A stretch of 33,522 nucleotides of DNA from Dehalococcoidia bacterium UBA1152 (GTDB taxonomy: Bacteria; Chloroflexota; Dehalococcoidia; Lucifugimonadales; UBA2962), in the NCBI GenBank assembly GCA_002311285.1, contig DBZU01000009.1:48321-81842 (forward strand), in the 5' to 3' direction. The position numbers and the translations under genes are program-made. Positions within the stretch are counted from its first letter, which is position 1; the number at the start of each line of letters is the position of its first letter. Under the pieces are notes generated by a model, which worked only from the letters and a program-made list of their open reading frames with translations, had not been told where the DNA came from and ran no database searches. Of this stretch, positions 9,716 through 19,848 are shown piece by piece.

Positions 9716-10729
9716 ATGTCCACAAAAATAGGAATAAATGGTTTCGGAAGAATAGGCAGACAGGTATTAAGAGCTATACGGGAGCGTCATCCAAAAACAT
9801 TAGAAGTTGTTGCAATTAATGACCTGACTGACACAAAAACTAACGCTCATCTGTTCAAATATGACACTAATTACGGTATATCACCAGAAACTGTTGAGCA
9901 CACCGAAGACTCAATAGTCATTGGGGGCTATTCGATAGCTGTACTTGCTGAAAGAGACCCTGAAAACCTGCCTTGGGCAAAATTTGGGATAGATGTAGTT
10001 ATAGAATCGACAGGGTTTTTTACAAGTGGTGAGAAAGCCTCCGGACATCTAAAAGGTGGTGCCAAAAAGATTATAATATCGGCTCCGGCAACAGGCGAAG
10101 ACATAACATTGGTGATGGGAGTAAATGAAGATCATTACGATCCAAACAAACACTATGTTTTATCTAACGCATCTTGCACCACCAATTGCATTGCGCCAAT
10201 GGCAAAAGTGATCGATGATGAATTTGGTATAAATCACGGCCTTATGAGCACCATTCATGCATATACTAATGATCAAAAAGTTCTTGATCAAGTGGCATCA
10301 GATTTGCGCCGTGCTAGAGCTGCTGCGATGAACATTATCCCTACCTCCACTGGGGCAGCCAAAGCTGTTGGCCTGGTATTGCCTCATCTTAATGGGAAGA
10401 TACACGGAATGGCTTACAGGGTCCCTACATCAACAGTTTCAGTAACTGATTTCACTGTTGTGCTCAATAAATCTGCTTCAGTAGACGATATTAACGCCGC
10501 ATATATAAAATCATCTGAATCTAATTTAAATGGCATCTTACAATACACTGATGAACCGCTCGTCAGCAGCGACTTCAAGCAAAATACCCATAGCACTATT
10601 ATTGATGGACTTTCAACAATGTCGATGGATGGGAGTTTGGTCAAAGTAGTTGGATGGTATGATAATGAATGGGGTTATAGTTGCAGAACGGCGGACTTAG
10701 CTAACTATATTTCTAGTCGTGGGTTTTAA
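9716..10729 (+). CDS. gap: Type I glyceraldehyde-3-phosphate dehydrogenase
   Basis: GINGFGRIGR, catalytic 'ASCTTNC', 'WYDNEWGYS'. Confidence 0.98.
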   Translation: MSTKIGINGFGRIGRQVLRAIRERHPKTLEVVAINDLTDTKTNAHLFKYDTNYGISPETVEHTEDSIVIGGYSIAVLAERDPENLPWAKFGIDVVIESTGFFTSGEKASGHLKGGAKKIIISAPATGEDITLVMGVNEDHYDPNKHYVLSNASCTTNCIAPMAKVIDDEFGINHGLMSTIHAYTNDQKVLDQVASDLRRARAAAMNIIPTSTGAAKAVGLVLPHLNGKIHGMAYRVPTSTVSVTDFTVVLNKSASVDDINAAYIKSSESNLNGILQYTDEPLVSSDFKQNTHSTIIDGLSTMSMDGSLVKVVGWYDNEWGYSCRTADLANYISSRGF

Positions 10730-10760
10730 AAGCCAGTTACCAACATATAAAAATATAAGA

Positions 10761-10790
10761 TTGCTTATAAACAAAAACAATGTTTATAAT
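10761..10790 (+). promoter_or_regulatory. Putative sigma70 promoter of pdxST overlapped by a 9-7-9 inverted repeat
   Basis: TTGCTT-N18-TATAAT, with TTATAAACA-N7-TGTTTATAA at 10765-10789. Confidence 0.55.
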
Positions 10791-10865
10791 AACCTGCTGA
10801 ATACCTTATAATATCAAACCTATATTTAATAATATCTACTTGGTGTTAAGTATGAGGAGAACACT

Positions 10866-11783
10866 ATGGCAATAGAGACTAAGTCGGAAAAACAAAATGC
10901 TACACAAACAGCTACTTGGAGAGTTAAGTCGGGTTTAGCTCAAATGCTGAAAGGCGGAGTGATCATGGATGTGGTAACGCCCGATCAAGCAAAAATTGCT
11001 GAGGATGCAGGGGCTTGCGCTGTAATGGCTCTAGAGAGGGTCCCATCTGATATAAGGACTGATGGCGGAGTAGCAAGGATGTCAGACCCAACAATGATAC
11101 GAGGAATAATAAAAGCGGTAACGATACCAGTTATGGCAAAGGCTAGAATAGGCCATTTTGTTGAGGCTCAGACATTAGAGGCTTTAGGTGTTGACTATAT
11201 TGATGAATCAGAAGTGTTAACTCCAGCTGACGAAAACAACCATATTAATAAACATGACTTTAAAGTTCCGTTTGTGTGTGGATGTCGTAATCTAGGAGAA
11301 GCTCTGCGTAGAATAGGCGAAGGAGCAGCTATGATTCGAACTAAAGGGGAAGCGGGAACTGGAAACGTTGTTGAAGCAGTTCGGCATGCACGTTCAGTGT
11401 TGGGAGAGATAACTCGCATACAACACATGGATGCTGCTGAATTAATGGCTACCGCAAGAGACCTGAAAGCGCCCTACGAATTAGTAGCAGAAATCCATGA
11501 AACCGGTAAATTGCCTGTTGTTAATTTTGCAGCCGGTGGTATTGCTACCCCCTCTGACGCGGCCCTTATGATGCAACTCGGTGTTGAAGGAGTATTTGTT
11601 GGCTCAGGCATTTTTAAATCAAATAATCCGCAATTGATGGCTAATGCTATTGTCAAAGCCACGACTCACTATAAAGATCCAGACATAATCGCAGAAGTTT
11701 CAACTGGTTTAGGCGATGCGATGCCTGGACTAGACGTTAGGACTATGCCAGAGGAAGAGCAGCTTGCTACTCGTGGATGGTAG
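10866..11783 (+). CDS. pdxS: Pyridoxal 5'-phosphate synthase lyase subunit PdxS
   Basis: '[12 protein letters not shown]', 'MAKARIGH', 'FAAGGIATP'; GAGGAG RBS. Confidence 0.98.
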   Translation: MAIETKSEKQNATQTATWRVKSGLAQMLKGGVIMDVVTPDQAKIAEDAGACAVMALERVPSDIRTDGGVARMSDPTMIRGIIKAVTIPVMAKARIGHFVEAQTLEALGVDYIDESEVLTPADENNHINKHDFKVPFVCGCRNLGEALRRIGEGAAMIRTKGEAGTGNVVEAVRHARSVLGEITRIQHMDAAELMATARDLKAPYELVAEIHETGKLPVVNFAAGGIATPSDAALMMQLGVEGVFVGSGIFKSNNPQLMANAIVKATTHYKDPDIIAEVSTGLGDAMPGLDVRTMPEEEQLATRGW

Positions 11784-11812
11784 CAATATAAGTAAGGCAA
11801 TAAGTTAATAAT

Positions 11813-12394
11813 ATGGTTCGCGTAGGTGTGCTTGCTGTACAAGGAGACTTTCTAGAACATTCCCATGCTCTAGAAAGAGTAGGTTTAGAAACAGTGGAGG
11901 TGCGGCTGCCAAGTCAACTTGACGATGTAGATGGATTGATAATTCCGGGTGGTGAAAGCACTACAATTGTTCAGCTCATTGATATTTATAAATTCCGCGA
12001 TGTATTAAAGGCTAAATCTGACAGCGGATTTCCTATTTGGGGAACCTGTGCTGGGATGATTGTTATGGCAGCAAAACTAACTGATAAACGACCAGATCCT
12101 CTTAAACTGATGGATATAGTCGTCACACGAAATGCTTTTGGAAGACAAGTGGATAGCTTTGAAGCAGATATAACTGTATCAGGAATGTCTGGACCACCGT
12201 TTCGAGCAGTATTTATTCGAGCTCCAATAGTTACTGAAGTTGGTAAAGATGTAAAGGTCTTAGCAAAACTGAAGAATGGAAATGCTGTAGCAGTTCGCCA
12301 AGGGAATCTATTAGCTACTGCTTTTCACCCTGAATTAACAGAGGATTCTCGAATGCATTTAATATTTTCAAAAATGATTAAGGATTCAACATAG
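11813..12394 (+). CDS. pdxT: PLP synthase glutaminase subunit PdxT
   Basis: 'PGGESTT', 'GTCAG', 'FIRAP', 'FHPE'. Confidence 0.97.
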   Translation: MVRVGVLAVQGDFLEHSHALERVGLETVEVRLPSQLDDVDGLIIPGGESTTIVQLIDIYKFRDVLKAKSDSGFPIWGTCAGMIVMAAKLTDKRPDPLKLMDIVVTRNAFGRQVDSFEADITVSGMSGPPFRAVFIRAPIVTEVGKDVKVLAKLKNGNAVAVRQGNLLATAFHPELTEDSRMHLIFSKMIKDST

Positions 12395-12404
12395 ATTATT
12401 AATA

Positions 12405-13322
12405 ATGCTAAAAACCTTCCAGCCTACTGACATTTACAGGTATCTATTGCTAGACAATGTGTATGGAAACAATTTGGCATGCACCAGCATACACCTCGAC
12501 AACCCCAAGGATTCATTGAAATCATTGATATGCGATTGCATAAATGGGACGGTTAAATCAAAAAGTTCCGTTTCAATGCTCAATACAGATGACTTGTCAT
12601 TGATTACTACTTCAGCAATATCTGGTTACGCAACATGGGAGCTTACTAGGATAATAGTAGGCAGAAATGGACTAGACCAGTTACCAATATTACTGACCTC
12701 AATAACCGAAAAGATATCAAGACTTGGAGCTAGTCGTGTATTAGTCACAATCAAAGAAAACGCTGATCTCGGAATGGCTTTAATAAAATCAGGCTTTAAG
12801 TTTTCACATACAGAATCCCTTTACACAGGTAAAAATCTCAAGCTAAACCCCATAAACCTCGATTTGCGTCCGAAAATTGATATCGACGACTTGGCAATAT
12901 TTAGACTATATAATTTGGCAACTCCAATCAAAATCAGATCACTTAATTGTCCAACTTTAGCTGATTGGAAAGCTTTGAATCGCCAACATAAAGATGTTGC
13001 ACATGAGTATGTGATGTCCAATCAAACTGAAGCCAAAATGTATCTAAAAATAATCCGCAACAAAGAATTCAAAATTGTCACAATAATCGTGCATCCACAA
13101 TTGGAATACAATGTTGTGAAACACTTGTTGCAATTTAGTCTATCTATTTTAACTGATACAGATAAGGTGAGAATCTTTATACCAGAATTTCAGACGAGTT
13201 TTAATACTGCAGTTGCAGAAATAGGCTTGCCTCTCAGGGCTAATTTTCAAATTTATAGTTTCCCAATTGCTGCCAGTGAAAAATTATTGACAGAGGAGTC
13301 TGCTGTTGGATTTGTTACATGA
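12405..13322 (+). CDS. Hypothetical protein, possibly a degenerate GNAT-like fold
   Basis: 305-aa ORF in operon position. Weak GNAT-like elements ('WELTRI', 'LIKSGF', 'LRP..D...IFRLY'). Confidence 0.6.
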   Translation: MLKTFQPTDIYRYLLLDNVYGNNLACTSIHLDNPKDSLKSLICDCINGTVKSKSSVSMLNTDDLSLITTSAISGYATWELTRIIVGRNGLDQLPILLTSITEKISRLGASRVLVTIKENADLGMALIKSGFKFSHTESLYTGKNLKLNPINLDLRPKIDIDDLAIFRLYNLATPIKIRSLNCPTLADWKALNRQHKDVAHEYVMSNQTEAKMYLKIIRNKEFKIVTIIVHPQLEYNVVKHLLQFSLSILTDTDKVRIFIPEFQTSFNTAVAEIGLPLRANFQIYSFPIAASEKLLTEESAVGFVT

Positions 13323-14895
13323 TCAACAAACAATTAATGAATCTATAGAAAATCATGATATCCAAACGTTGGTAGAAATATTACCTAGTAATATTAAAGA
13401 CCATTTGGTTTCGCTTGAACAATTGCCCAACCTACTGGAAGTAGTTATCGATCTCGGAAGGGTGCCTCAAGTCAGATTTTCAACAAAAACTAACTCGCTT
13501 GGTGATAGAGAAATAACGTTCGAAGATATAACCCATATAACACAACGAATTGGAGATTTTGGAGGAGACAATCGAGCCGGCATAGAAAGAACTTTACATA
13601 GAATATCGGCAATTCGAAATAGGTCTAACAAAATAATTGGTCTTACGCTCAGAGTAGGCAGAGCAGTTTTTGGCACTATAAAAATCATTGAAGACCTTAT
13701 CCTGACAGGAAAGAGCGCTCTATTATTGGGACGACCTGGAATCGGCAAAACTACGATGCTAAGAGAAGTAGCCCGAGTTCTTGCTGACACAGCTCACAAG
13801 CGAGTAGTTATTGTAGACACTTCAAATGAGATTGCTGGAGATGGAGACATTCCTCATCCAAGCATAGGGAACGCTCGAAGAATGCAAGTATCAACTCCTC
13901 TAAATCAGCATTCCGTGATGATTGAAGCTGTAGAAAATCATATGCCGGAAGTAATAATAATTGATGAAATAGGTACTGAGCTTGAGACAAACGCTGCTAG
14001 AACGATAGCAGAGCGCGGTGTTCAACTAGTTGCGACTGCTCACGGTAACACTCTGCAAAACTTGATTCGTAACCCGACACTTTCAGACCTCATTGGGGGA
14101 ATCCATACAGTCACTCTTGGAGACGATGAGGCTCGTAGAAGACGTAGTCAAAAAACTGTACTTGAGCGACGCTCACCTCCCACTTTTGAAGTTCTAATTG
14201 AGATACAAGGCAGAAACCTTGTTGCCGTTCATCAAGATGTCGCATCAACAGTAGATAAATTATTAAGAGGTTCAACCTTCAAGCCGGACATAAGAAGTGT
14301 CGACGAATCCGGAGCAGTTAAGATTAACGCGGTCTCAAAACAATCTATAATCAATGATAATAGTAACGACCCTGATATCCAGCTCACTAAAGTTACGGAT
14401 AATATTGACTCTGGCGACGTTAAGAATTATGTCAGGACGATCAGAATAATGCCCTATGGCATCAATAAGGGCAGGTTGCAAAAAGCCATTGTTGCTTCAA
14501 GCCTAAAAATTGACCTCGTTAATGATATTAGAAATGCAGATCTATTATTAACGACTAAAAATTACTATAGAAAGCGTACAAAGGCACTGCGTGAAGCTGA
14601 GGATAAAGGTAGGCCCGTATACGTGGTTCGGCGAAACACTTTGCAACAAATAGAACAATTTATTAAAGCTATATCTCGTCCAAATGAATTAAATAGGTCC
14701 ACCCCTGAAATTGCGAACGCTCTAGAAGAAGCTGAAAAAGCTGTAGCTGGGATTAAAGATGGGGGGAAGGAAATAGAACTCAACGCACAAGGTGCTTACA
14801 TTAGACATTTGCAACATGCTATTGCTGATAGGTACGGCATATCATCAACTAGCACAGGACGTGACCCAAAAAGAAAGGTAGTGATTTATAAATAA
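13306..14895 (+). CDS. Ycf45/SpoIIIAA-like AAA ATPase with C-terminal R3H nucleic-acid-binding domain
   Basis: 'DNRAGIERTLHRISAIRN', Walker A GRPGIGKT, 'VDTSNEIAGDGD', Walker B IIIDE, R3H 'RHLQH'. Start uncertain. Confidence 0.9.
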   Translation: MDLLHDQQTINESIENHDIQTLVEILPSNIKDHLVSLEQLPNLLEVVIDLGRVPQVRFSTKTNSLGDREITFEDITHITQRIGDFGGDNRAGIERTLHRISAIRNRSNKIIGLTLRVGRAVFGTIKIIEDLILTGKSALLLGRPGIGKTTMLREVARVLADTAHKRVVIVDTSNEIAGDGDIPHPSIGNARRMQVSTPLNQHSVMIEAVENHMPEVIIIDEIGTELETNAARTIAERGVQLVATAHGNTLQNLIRNPTLSDLIGGIHTVTLGDDEARRRRSQKTVLERRSPPTFEVLIEIQGRNLVAVHQDVASTVDKLLRGSTFKPDIRSVDESGAVKINAVSKQSIINDNSNDPDIQLTKVTDNIDSGDVKNYVRTIRIMPYGINKGRLQKAIVASSLKIDLVNDIRNADLLLTTKNYYRKRTKALREAEDKGRPVYVVRRNTLQQIEQFIKAISRPNELNRSTPEIANALEEAEKAVAGIKDGGKEIELNAQGAYIRHLQHAIADRYGISSTSTGRDPKRKVVIYK

Positions 14896-14946
14896 TTATA
14901 TCCAAATGCTTCTTAGTACTAACTTTACTTATTCTCCCGTAATATT

Positions 14947-15603
14947 ATGTCTATTTTAATTACACTTGAGGGTGTAGACGGCTCAGGAAAATCCACGCAG
15001 GCTAAATTACTAGCAAACAACTTAAATGAAAAAGGTTACAACATTATTTCATTAAGAGAACCAGGTGACACAGAACTGGGGGAAAATTTGCGAGAACTCC
15101 TTAACGACCATCAAGGAACCAATACCTCGATTACTGACTTATCTCAATTATGCTTATTTCTCGCATCAAGGGCTCAGTTGGTTGCAGAAAAAATAGCGCC
15201 TGCTTTATCTGGCACAAACAATATCGTTATATGTGACCGATACATGGATTCCACATTAGCCTACCAGGGATATGGAATGGGTTTTGATATAGAACTCATA
15301 AAAAGGGTTAATTCATACGTAGTAGGTCATTGTAAGCCTAGTCTAACAATACTTATTGATTGTCCAATCAAAGTTTCAGTCTCTAGAACTATAGCTCGAA
15401 CAAAAAAAATGAGTAGATTTGAAGCTAAAGCTAACGATTTTCAGAAACGAGTACGAGAAGGATTTATTTCACTAGCTAATGAAGAACCTAAACGGTGGCA
15501 CGTGGTAGACGGGACATTGAACAAAATAACTCTATCCAAGCAAATTTTGCTTATTGCTGTAAACGCAATTCGGGATCTGTCTGGTCAGAAAACGCCAGAA
15601 TAG
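14947..15603 (+). CDS. tmk: Thymidylate kinase
   Basis: 'EGVDGSGKSTQ', 'REPG', 'DRYMDSTLAYQGYG'. Confidence 0.96.
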   Translation: MSILITLEGVDGSGKSTQAKLLANNLNEKGYNIISLREPGDTELGENLRELLNDHQGTNTSITDLSQLCLFLASRAQLVAEKIAPALSGTNNIVICDRYMDSTLAYQGYGMGFDIELIKRVNSYVVGHCKPSLTILIDCPIKVSVSRTIARTKKMSRFEAKANDFQKRVREGFISLANEEPKRWHVVDGTLNKITLSKQILLIAVNAIRDLSGQKTPE

Positions 15604-16047
15604 ATGATTACTATCTCACAAAAAGCTAAAAATCTAATTCAAGGGAATTATTTAGCTGACCTGGTTAGTTTAATGCCGGACGGATCACCTCATATTGCCC
15701 CAGTTTGGTACAAATACGATGGCAAACATTATCTGATACTTACGGAACCAAACACCACAAAAGTAAGAAACATAAACAACGACGGTAGGATCGCAATTTT
15801 AGTATCGACGCCTTCTCCGCCATATGCATATGTAATGGTAAAGGGGCGCGGGGAAATATCCGAATCCAATCACAGTGAACTATTAACGGAACTGTCCATT
15901 AAATATCTTGGAGAAACGGAAGGCAAGGAATATGCTGATAAAATGCTAGTTTCCAGCGAATTTGTTTTAATTACATTGGTCCCAAACAAAATTATTGAAT
16001 ATTTTGATTCAACTATTATCACTCAACCTAACGCCATTGATAATTGA
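15604..16047 (+). CDS. PPOX-class, probably F420-dependent, oxidoreductase
   Basis: 'DGSPHIAPVWY', 'KVRNINNDGRI', 'YVMVKG' split beta-barrel pattern. Confidence 0.78.
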   Translation: MITISQKAKNLIQGNYLADLVSLMPDGSPHIAPVWYKYDGKHYLILTEPNTTKVRNINNDGRIAILVSTPSPPYAYVMVKGRGEISESNHSELLTELSIKYLGETEGKEYADKMLVSSEFVLITLVPNKIIEYFDSTIITQPNAIDN

Positions 16048-16740
16048 TTCAGGATTGTCGCATACTAGTTTCTTAGCCCTAGAATGGCCTATTAAGCGAA
16101 CTGCGGCCTGGTAGCCAACGGTTATATTAGGAGCCCGACGTCCAACTGGTCTATGGCAATCAGACGCAATAACATGAACCAAATCATTTTTTATCAGTTG
16201 TTCCGTAAAAGATTTTACATCTTGACCAAATTGACCTATTAAACTGCCCGCCGTAACTTGTGAAATCATACCTTTGTCAATGAAATAGGCTAATCTTGTT
16301 GGATCCTGCTGAATTAGCTCAATTCTTTCCGGATGCGCTAACACAGGAATTAGCCCATCATGCTGCAATTCTAATAAGACATCATCTATATATTTAGGAT
16401 GTCCAAAAAAAGGCAGCTCAATCAACGCGAAATTCGTCCGGTTAATTGTTAAAGATTTGCCTTTTTTAAACATTGCTGGACTGTCTGGATTAAGATGGTT
16501 TTCCATTCCTATCTTTATTTCAATATCAACTCCGTAATTTGCTATATCATGTTGTAACAAATTTAGTGAGCTTGTGACATATTCCACAGACCTTTTTTCA
16601 TTCACATCTCTCATATGCGGAGTAGCAACTAAAACGTCTGTGCCACAACGGCTAGCCTCAAAAACCATTTCTAAAGATTCGGTACTATTTCGTGGCCCAT
16701 CGTCTATTCCAGGTAATATGTGTGCATGAATATCGTACAT
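16009..16740 (-). CDS. PHP-domain metal-dependent phosphatase (CpsB/CapC/YwqE-like)
   Basis: 'DIHAHILPGIDDG', 'ATPH', 'AHPER', 'ASDCH'. Confidence 0.9.
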   Translation of the reverse strand: MYDIHAHILPGIDDGPRNSTESLEMVFEASRCGTDVLVATPHMRDVNEKRSVEYVTSSLNLLQHDIANYGVDIEIKIGMENHLNPDSPAMFKKGKSLTINRTNFALIELPFFGHPKYIDDVLLELQHDGLIPVLAHPERIELIQQDPTRLAYFIDKGMISQVTAGSLIGQFGQDVKSFTEQLIKNDLVHVIASDCHRPVGRRAPNITVGYQAAVRLIGHSRAKKLVCDNPESIINGVRLSDNS

Positions 16741-16742
16741 GT

Positions 16743-17435
16743 TTAAGGACGAAATGTTATACGGCGGAAACTTTCGCCGTATTCATACTTATTTTCAGCG
16801 GCAGATCTACATGCGCTACTTTTAATCCACCCATCAACTGAACTCATATTTGACAATTGACTTGCATGTTGCTTTAAGGCATCAATTTTAATATCTATAT
16901 ATTGTGTTATATCTATCACTTCATTTGGGTTTTCAGATCCCCAAAATAAAACATCCTTCACTTTATGCGTTAAAATGCCCTCCTCTTCATGATGTGGGTA
17001 ATATAATCGGTCGCGAGAATAAGGGTAAACCGCGTCAAGCACGACCTGTCCTGTAACCCTGTGGTCTCTATGAATATAAAAACTTTGTCTGATCGGATCT
17101 GTACATAGAACTACTTCTGGTTGATATTTCCGAATATTCTTCACAATGCGCTCTCGAAACTCAGAGGATTCGTCTAATTCACCATCTGGGTATTTAAAAT
17201 ATATCACTTCATTTAATCCTAAGAGTTTCGAGGCGTTTGCTTGTTCTTTTGCACGAATACCGGCTAATTTTTCTGACGTCATATCAGGATCTGATGATCC
17301 TTTATCACCATTGGTACAAACCAATAGCACTCCTTGTGATCCTTCTATAATCCATCTTGCAATCGTCCCGCCGCATCCTATTTCAGCATCATCAGGATGT
17401 GGGGTTACCACCAAAAATTTGTTAGGAGTGTCCAT
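16743..17435 (-). CDS. PIG-L/LmbE-family N-acetylglucosaminyl deacetylase (MshB/BshB/Mca-like)
   Basis: 'PHPDDAE', 'TNGDKG', 'HRDH' zinc ligands, 'K..AL..HASQ'. Confidence 0.9.
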   Translation of the reverse strand: MDTPNKFLVVTPHPDDAEIGCGGTIARWIIEGSQGVLLVCTNGDKGSSDPDMTSEKLAGIRAKEQANASKLLGLNEVIYFKYPDGELDESSEFRERIVKNIRKYQPEVVLCTDPIRQSFYIHRDHRVTGQVVLDAVYPYSRDRLYYPHHEEEGILTHKVKDVLFWGSENPNEVIDITQYIDIKIDALKQHASQLSNMSSVDGWIKSSACRSAAENKYEYGESFRRITFRP

Positions 17436-17598
17436 ATATAACCATCCATTCCATTTAGTAAACCTGTGCTGAAATCATAATAAAGTCCAGAGATTTTAAC
17501 AGTTGTGTAAAAAGGTATTGTTAGTAAATTATGCCTCTGATACACTCCCTCAGCCTGTTACGTTATGTAAAGACTAATACTATTTATATTACATAGAT

Positions 17599-18522
17599 AT
17601 GCAAAGCAACGCTGCAGTTAGTAAATTCGCATGGGAAAAATTGAATGTATGGACGAGTCTCTTAAACGAGGGTCTTTCTACCATTGACGATCAATTCGTC
17701 ACGCAAGAGTTCAAACAATTATTCTTGAGTCAGCCTGACATTGAGCCAGAAAATAATTGCTTTATAGCTAGAGTTGCTGACGTCCCGGCTGGGATCTTAC
17801 GTGTCACCAATGAATCTCAAATCGAACGTACAGTAGCAAATTTATACGTTGTGCCTAAATACCGTCAGAACGGCGTAGGAAAACAACTTCTCGAAAAAGC
17901 AATTCACCGTGCACACGAGTTGCGGGCACAGTTATTGCATATCCAGGTATCCGTTAATAATAACCCAGGTAGATTTTTGTTAGAACAAGCCGGGTTCGCT
18001 GCTGTTAGACGATTTTGGAAACTAACTAAACAAAACAGGGAAATCTATGAAGATGATCCGCCTCAAGGATATCAACTAAGATTCTTTAATATTGATCAGG
18101 ACGAAAAAGCGCTTACAGACCTTCAGAATGCATCATTTACAGGCAGTTGGGGATTTAGTCCTAATACAATTAATCAAATAAATTCTAAAGTGAGGTTAAC
18201 TGAATGGGAAAGTGATGGAATACTTCTTTTAGAAAATCTAGAAAAAAAAATAGTTGGATATAACTGGACTCATAGGCCAAAAAAGACCAAATCCTTAACT
18301 GGCTATATTGGCATGACTGGAATACACCCAGATTTAAGGGGCCGAGGGCTCGGACGTTATATTGTAAAAGCAGGAATTACATATCTAAGTTCTTTAAAAA
18401 TACCAGATATAGCGCTCGAGGTTGACGCAAATAATACTTCGGCTCGAGAGTTATATCTATCCTTGGGGTTTGAATTACTAGAAGAAACAGTCTGGTACGA
18501 ACTTAACCTGCAACATCAATAA
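17599..18522 (+). CDS. Tandem GNAT acetyltransferase, mycothiol synthase MshD-like
   Basis: Two acetyl-CoA motifs (RQNGVG and RGRGLG). C-domain 'GYNWT', 'GIHP', 'LEVDANN..A..LY..LGF' parallels MshD. Confidence 0.72.
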   Translation: MQSNAAVSKFAWEKLNVWTSLLNEGLSTIDDQFVTQEFKQLFLSQPDIEPENNCFIARVADVPAGILRVTNESQIERTVANLYVVPKYRQNGVGKQLLEKAIHRAHELRAQLLHIQVSVNNNPGRFLLEQAGFAAVRRFWKLTKQNREIYEDDPPQGYQLRFFNIDQDEKALTDLQNASFTGSWGFSPNTINQINSKVRLTEWESDGILLLENLEKKIVGYNWTHRPKKTKSLTGYIGMTGIHPDLRGRGLGRYIVKAGITYLSSLKIPDIALEVDANNTSARELYLSLGFELLEETVWYELNLQHQ

Positions 18523-19776
18523 TTAAAATATATTGGCAATGTGCCTTGAAGGCAAACATGATTGACCGGATAAGAAGTTATAAAAATTAGCTAATTTTTC
18601 AGCCGCTTTTTCCCATCCAAGACCCATAGCGGTAAGTCTGGCAGTATTACCCATCGCATCTCTTAATGAGGGATTCGCTAAAATTATTTCAAGTTTTTCT
18701 GTAAAAGGTTCAGCACATCTGAAAGGTATTAAGTATCCTGTTTCTCCGTTCTTAATTAGAGTTTTTAATCCACCCACTCTAGACGCTATTACAGGTATAC
18801 CGCATGCCATAGCTTCTAGGGCTACCAATCCAAAGCTTTCATAATAAGACGGAAATATCAAAACATCCGCTGCCCTATAATACTCAACCAGGTTTGATTG
18901 AGTAACTGATCCAATAAATTCCACTGTATCATCTAACTCTAAAGAGGAAGTCAGGGTTTTTAAATCCGACAGACTAGAATCTGATGTCAAATCCCCTCCA
19001 ATCACTAGAAATTTTAATGATTCCTGTTGTTCGAGCTGGGCTACTGCTTCTATGGCAATATCTATACCTTTTAACGGTTCAACTCTTCCGGCATAAATAA
19101 TTATCTTGTCAGCCGATAATCCTAATTTATTTCTAGCTACATTACGATCAGCAGGCTTAAACATGTTAAGGTCTACGCCCGGAGCTATGACCCTGATGTT
19201 AGGTTTAAATGAGCTCCTTTCCGATTTGCAATATAACTCATGTATATCTGTAACCTCAGATTCAGTGGAAACTACAATCCCATGCGATTCTTGAATGATT
19301 TTTAATTCCATATCAATTCTGAGTTCTGATTCTTTTTCTTCAGCTCTAGCTTTCAATTTTGATTTTGCTAAAGTGTGAAAAGTAGACACATGAGGCACTG
19401 CCCATAATTTAGACAACTCTATGCCTGGAAAACCGGATACCCAATAGTGAGAATGCACAACATTATAATTAAGTCCTTCCCTTTTCTGGAAAGCCAATAA
19501 GCTCTCTATAAATTCTGGAACTGTTTCATGTAAATCTTCTTTAGGATACTTGTATCCCCCTGCTTTTAAATGTATAACTCTAGCATTTAGGCCTAATTCA
19601 ATGATTTGGTCGTCATCTGGATCATGTGTCCGTGTATAAATGTCTGTCTCTATGCCCAGTTGGCCAAGATGTTTTGCGATCTCTTTTAAGTAGACATTCA
19701 TACCTCCTGTATCTTTTTCACCTAATCGAGCCACAGGACATCCATGTAAACTAAGAAAAGCTACTCTATTATTCAA
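18523..19776 (-). CDS. mshA: GT4 glycosyltransferase, D-inositol-3-phosphate glycosyltransferase MshA-like
   Basis: MshA hallmark motifs 'GEKDTGGMNVY', 'HSHYW.SG', 'HTLA..K', 'PSYYESFGLVALEA'; TTG start with AGGA RBS. Confidence 0.75.
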   Translation of the reverse strand: MNNRVAFLSLHGCPVARLGEKDTGGMNVYLKEIAKHLGQLGIETDIYTRTHDPDDDQIIELGLNARVIHLKAGGYKYPKEDLHETVPEFIESLLAFQKREGLNYNVVHSHYWVSGFPGIELSKLWAVPHVSTFHTLAKSKLKARAEEKESELRIDMELKIIQESHGIVVSTESEVTDIHELYCKSERSSFKPNIRVIAPGVDLNMFKPADRNVARNKLGLSADKIIIYAGRVEPLKGIDIAIEAVAQLEQQESLKFLVIGGDLTSDSSLSDLKTLTSSLELDDTVEFIGSVTQSNLVEYYRAADVLIFPSYYESFGLVALEAMACGIPVIASRVGGLKTLIKNGETGYLIPFRCAEPFTEKLEIILANPSLRDAMGNTARLTAMGLGWEKAAEKLANFYNFLSGQSCLPSRHIANIF

Positions 19777-19848
19777 GTGACAATCCTACGTTTGGCCTAT
19801 AATGAGAAAAGTTTTTCACGAATGCAAACAATGGTTACCAGCCTCGTT

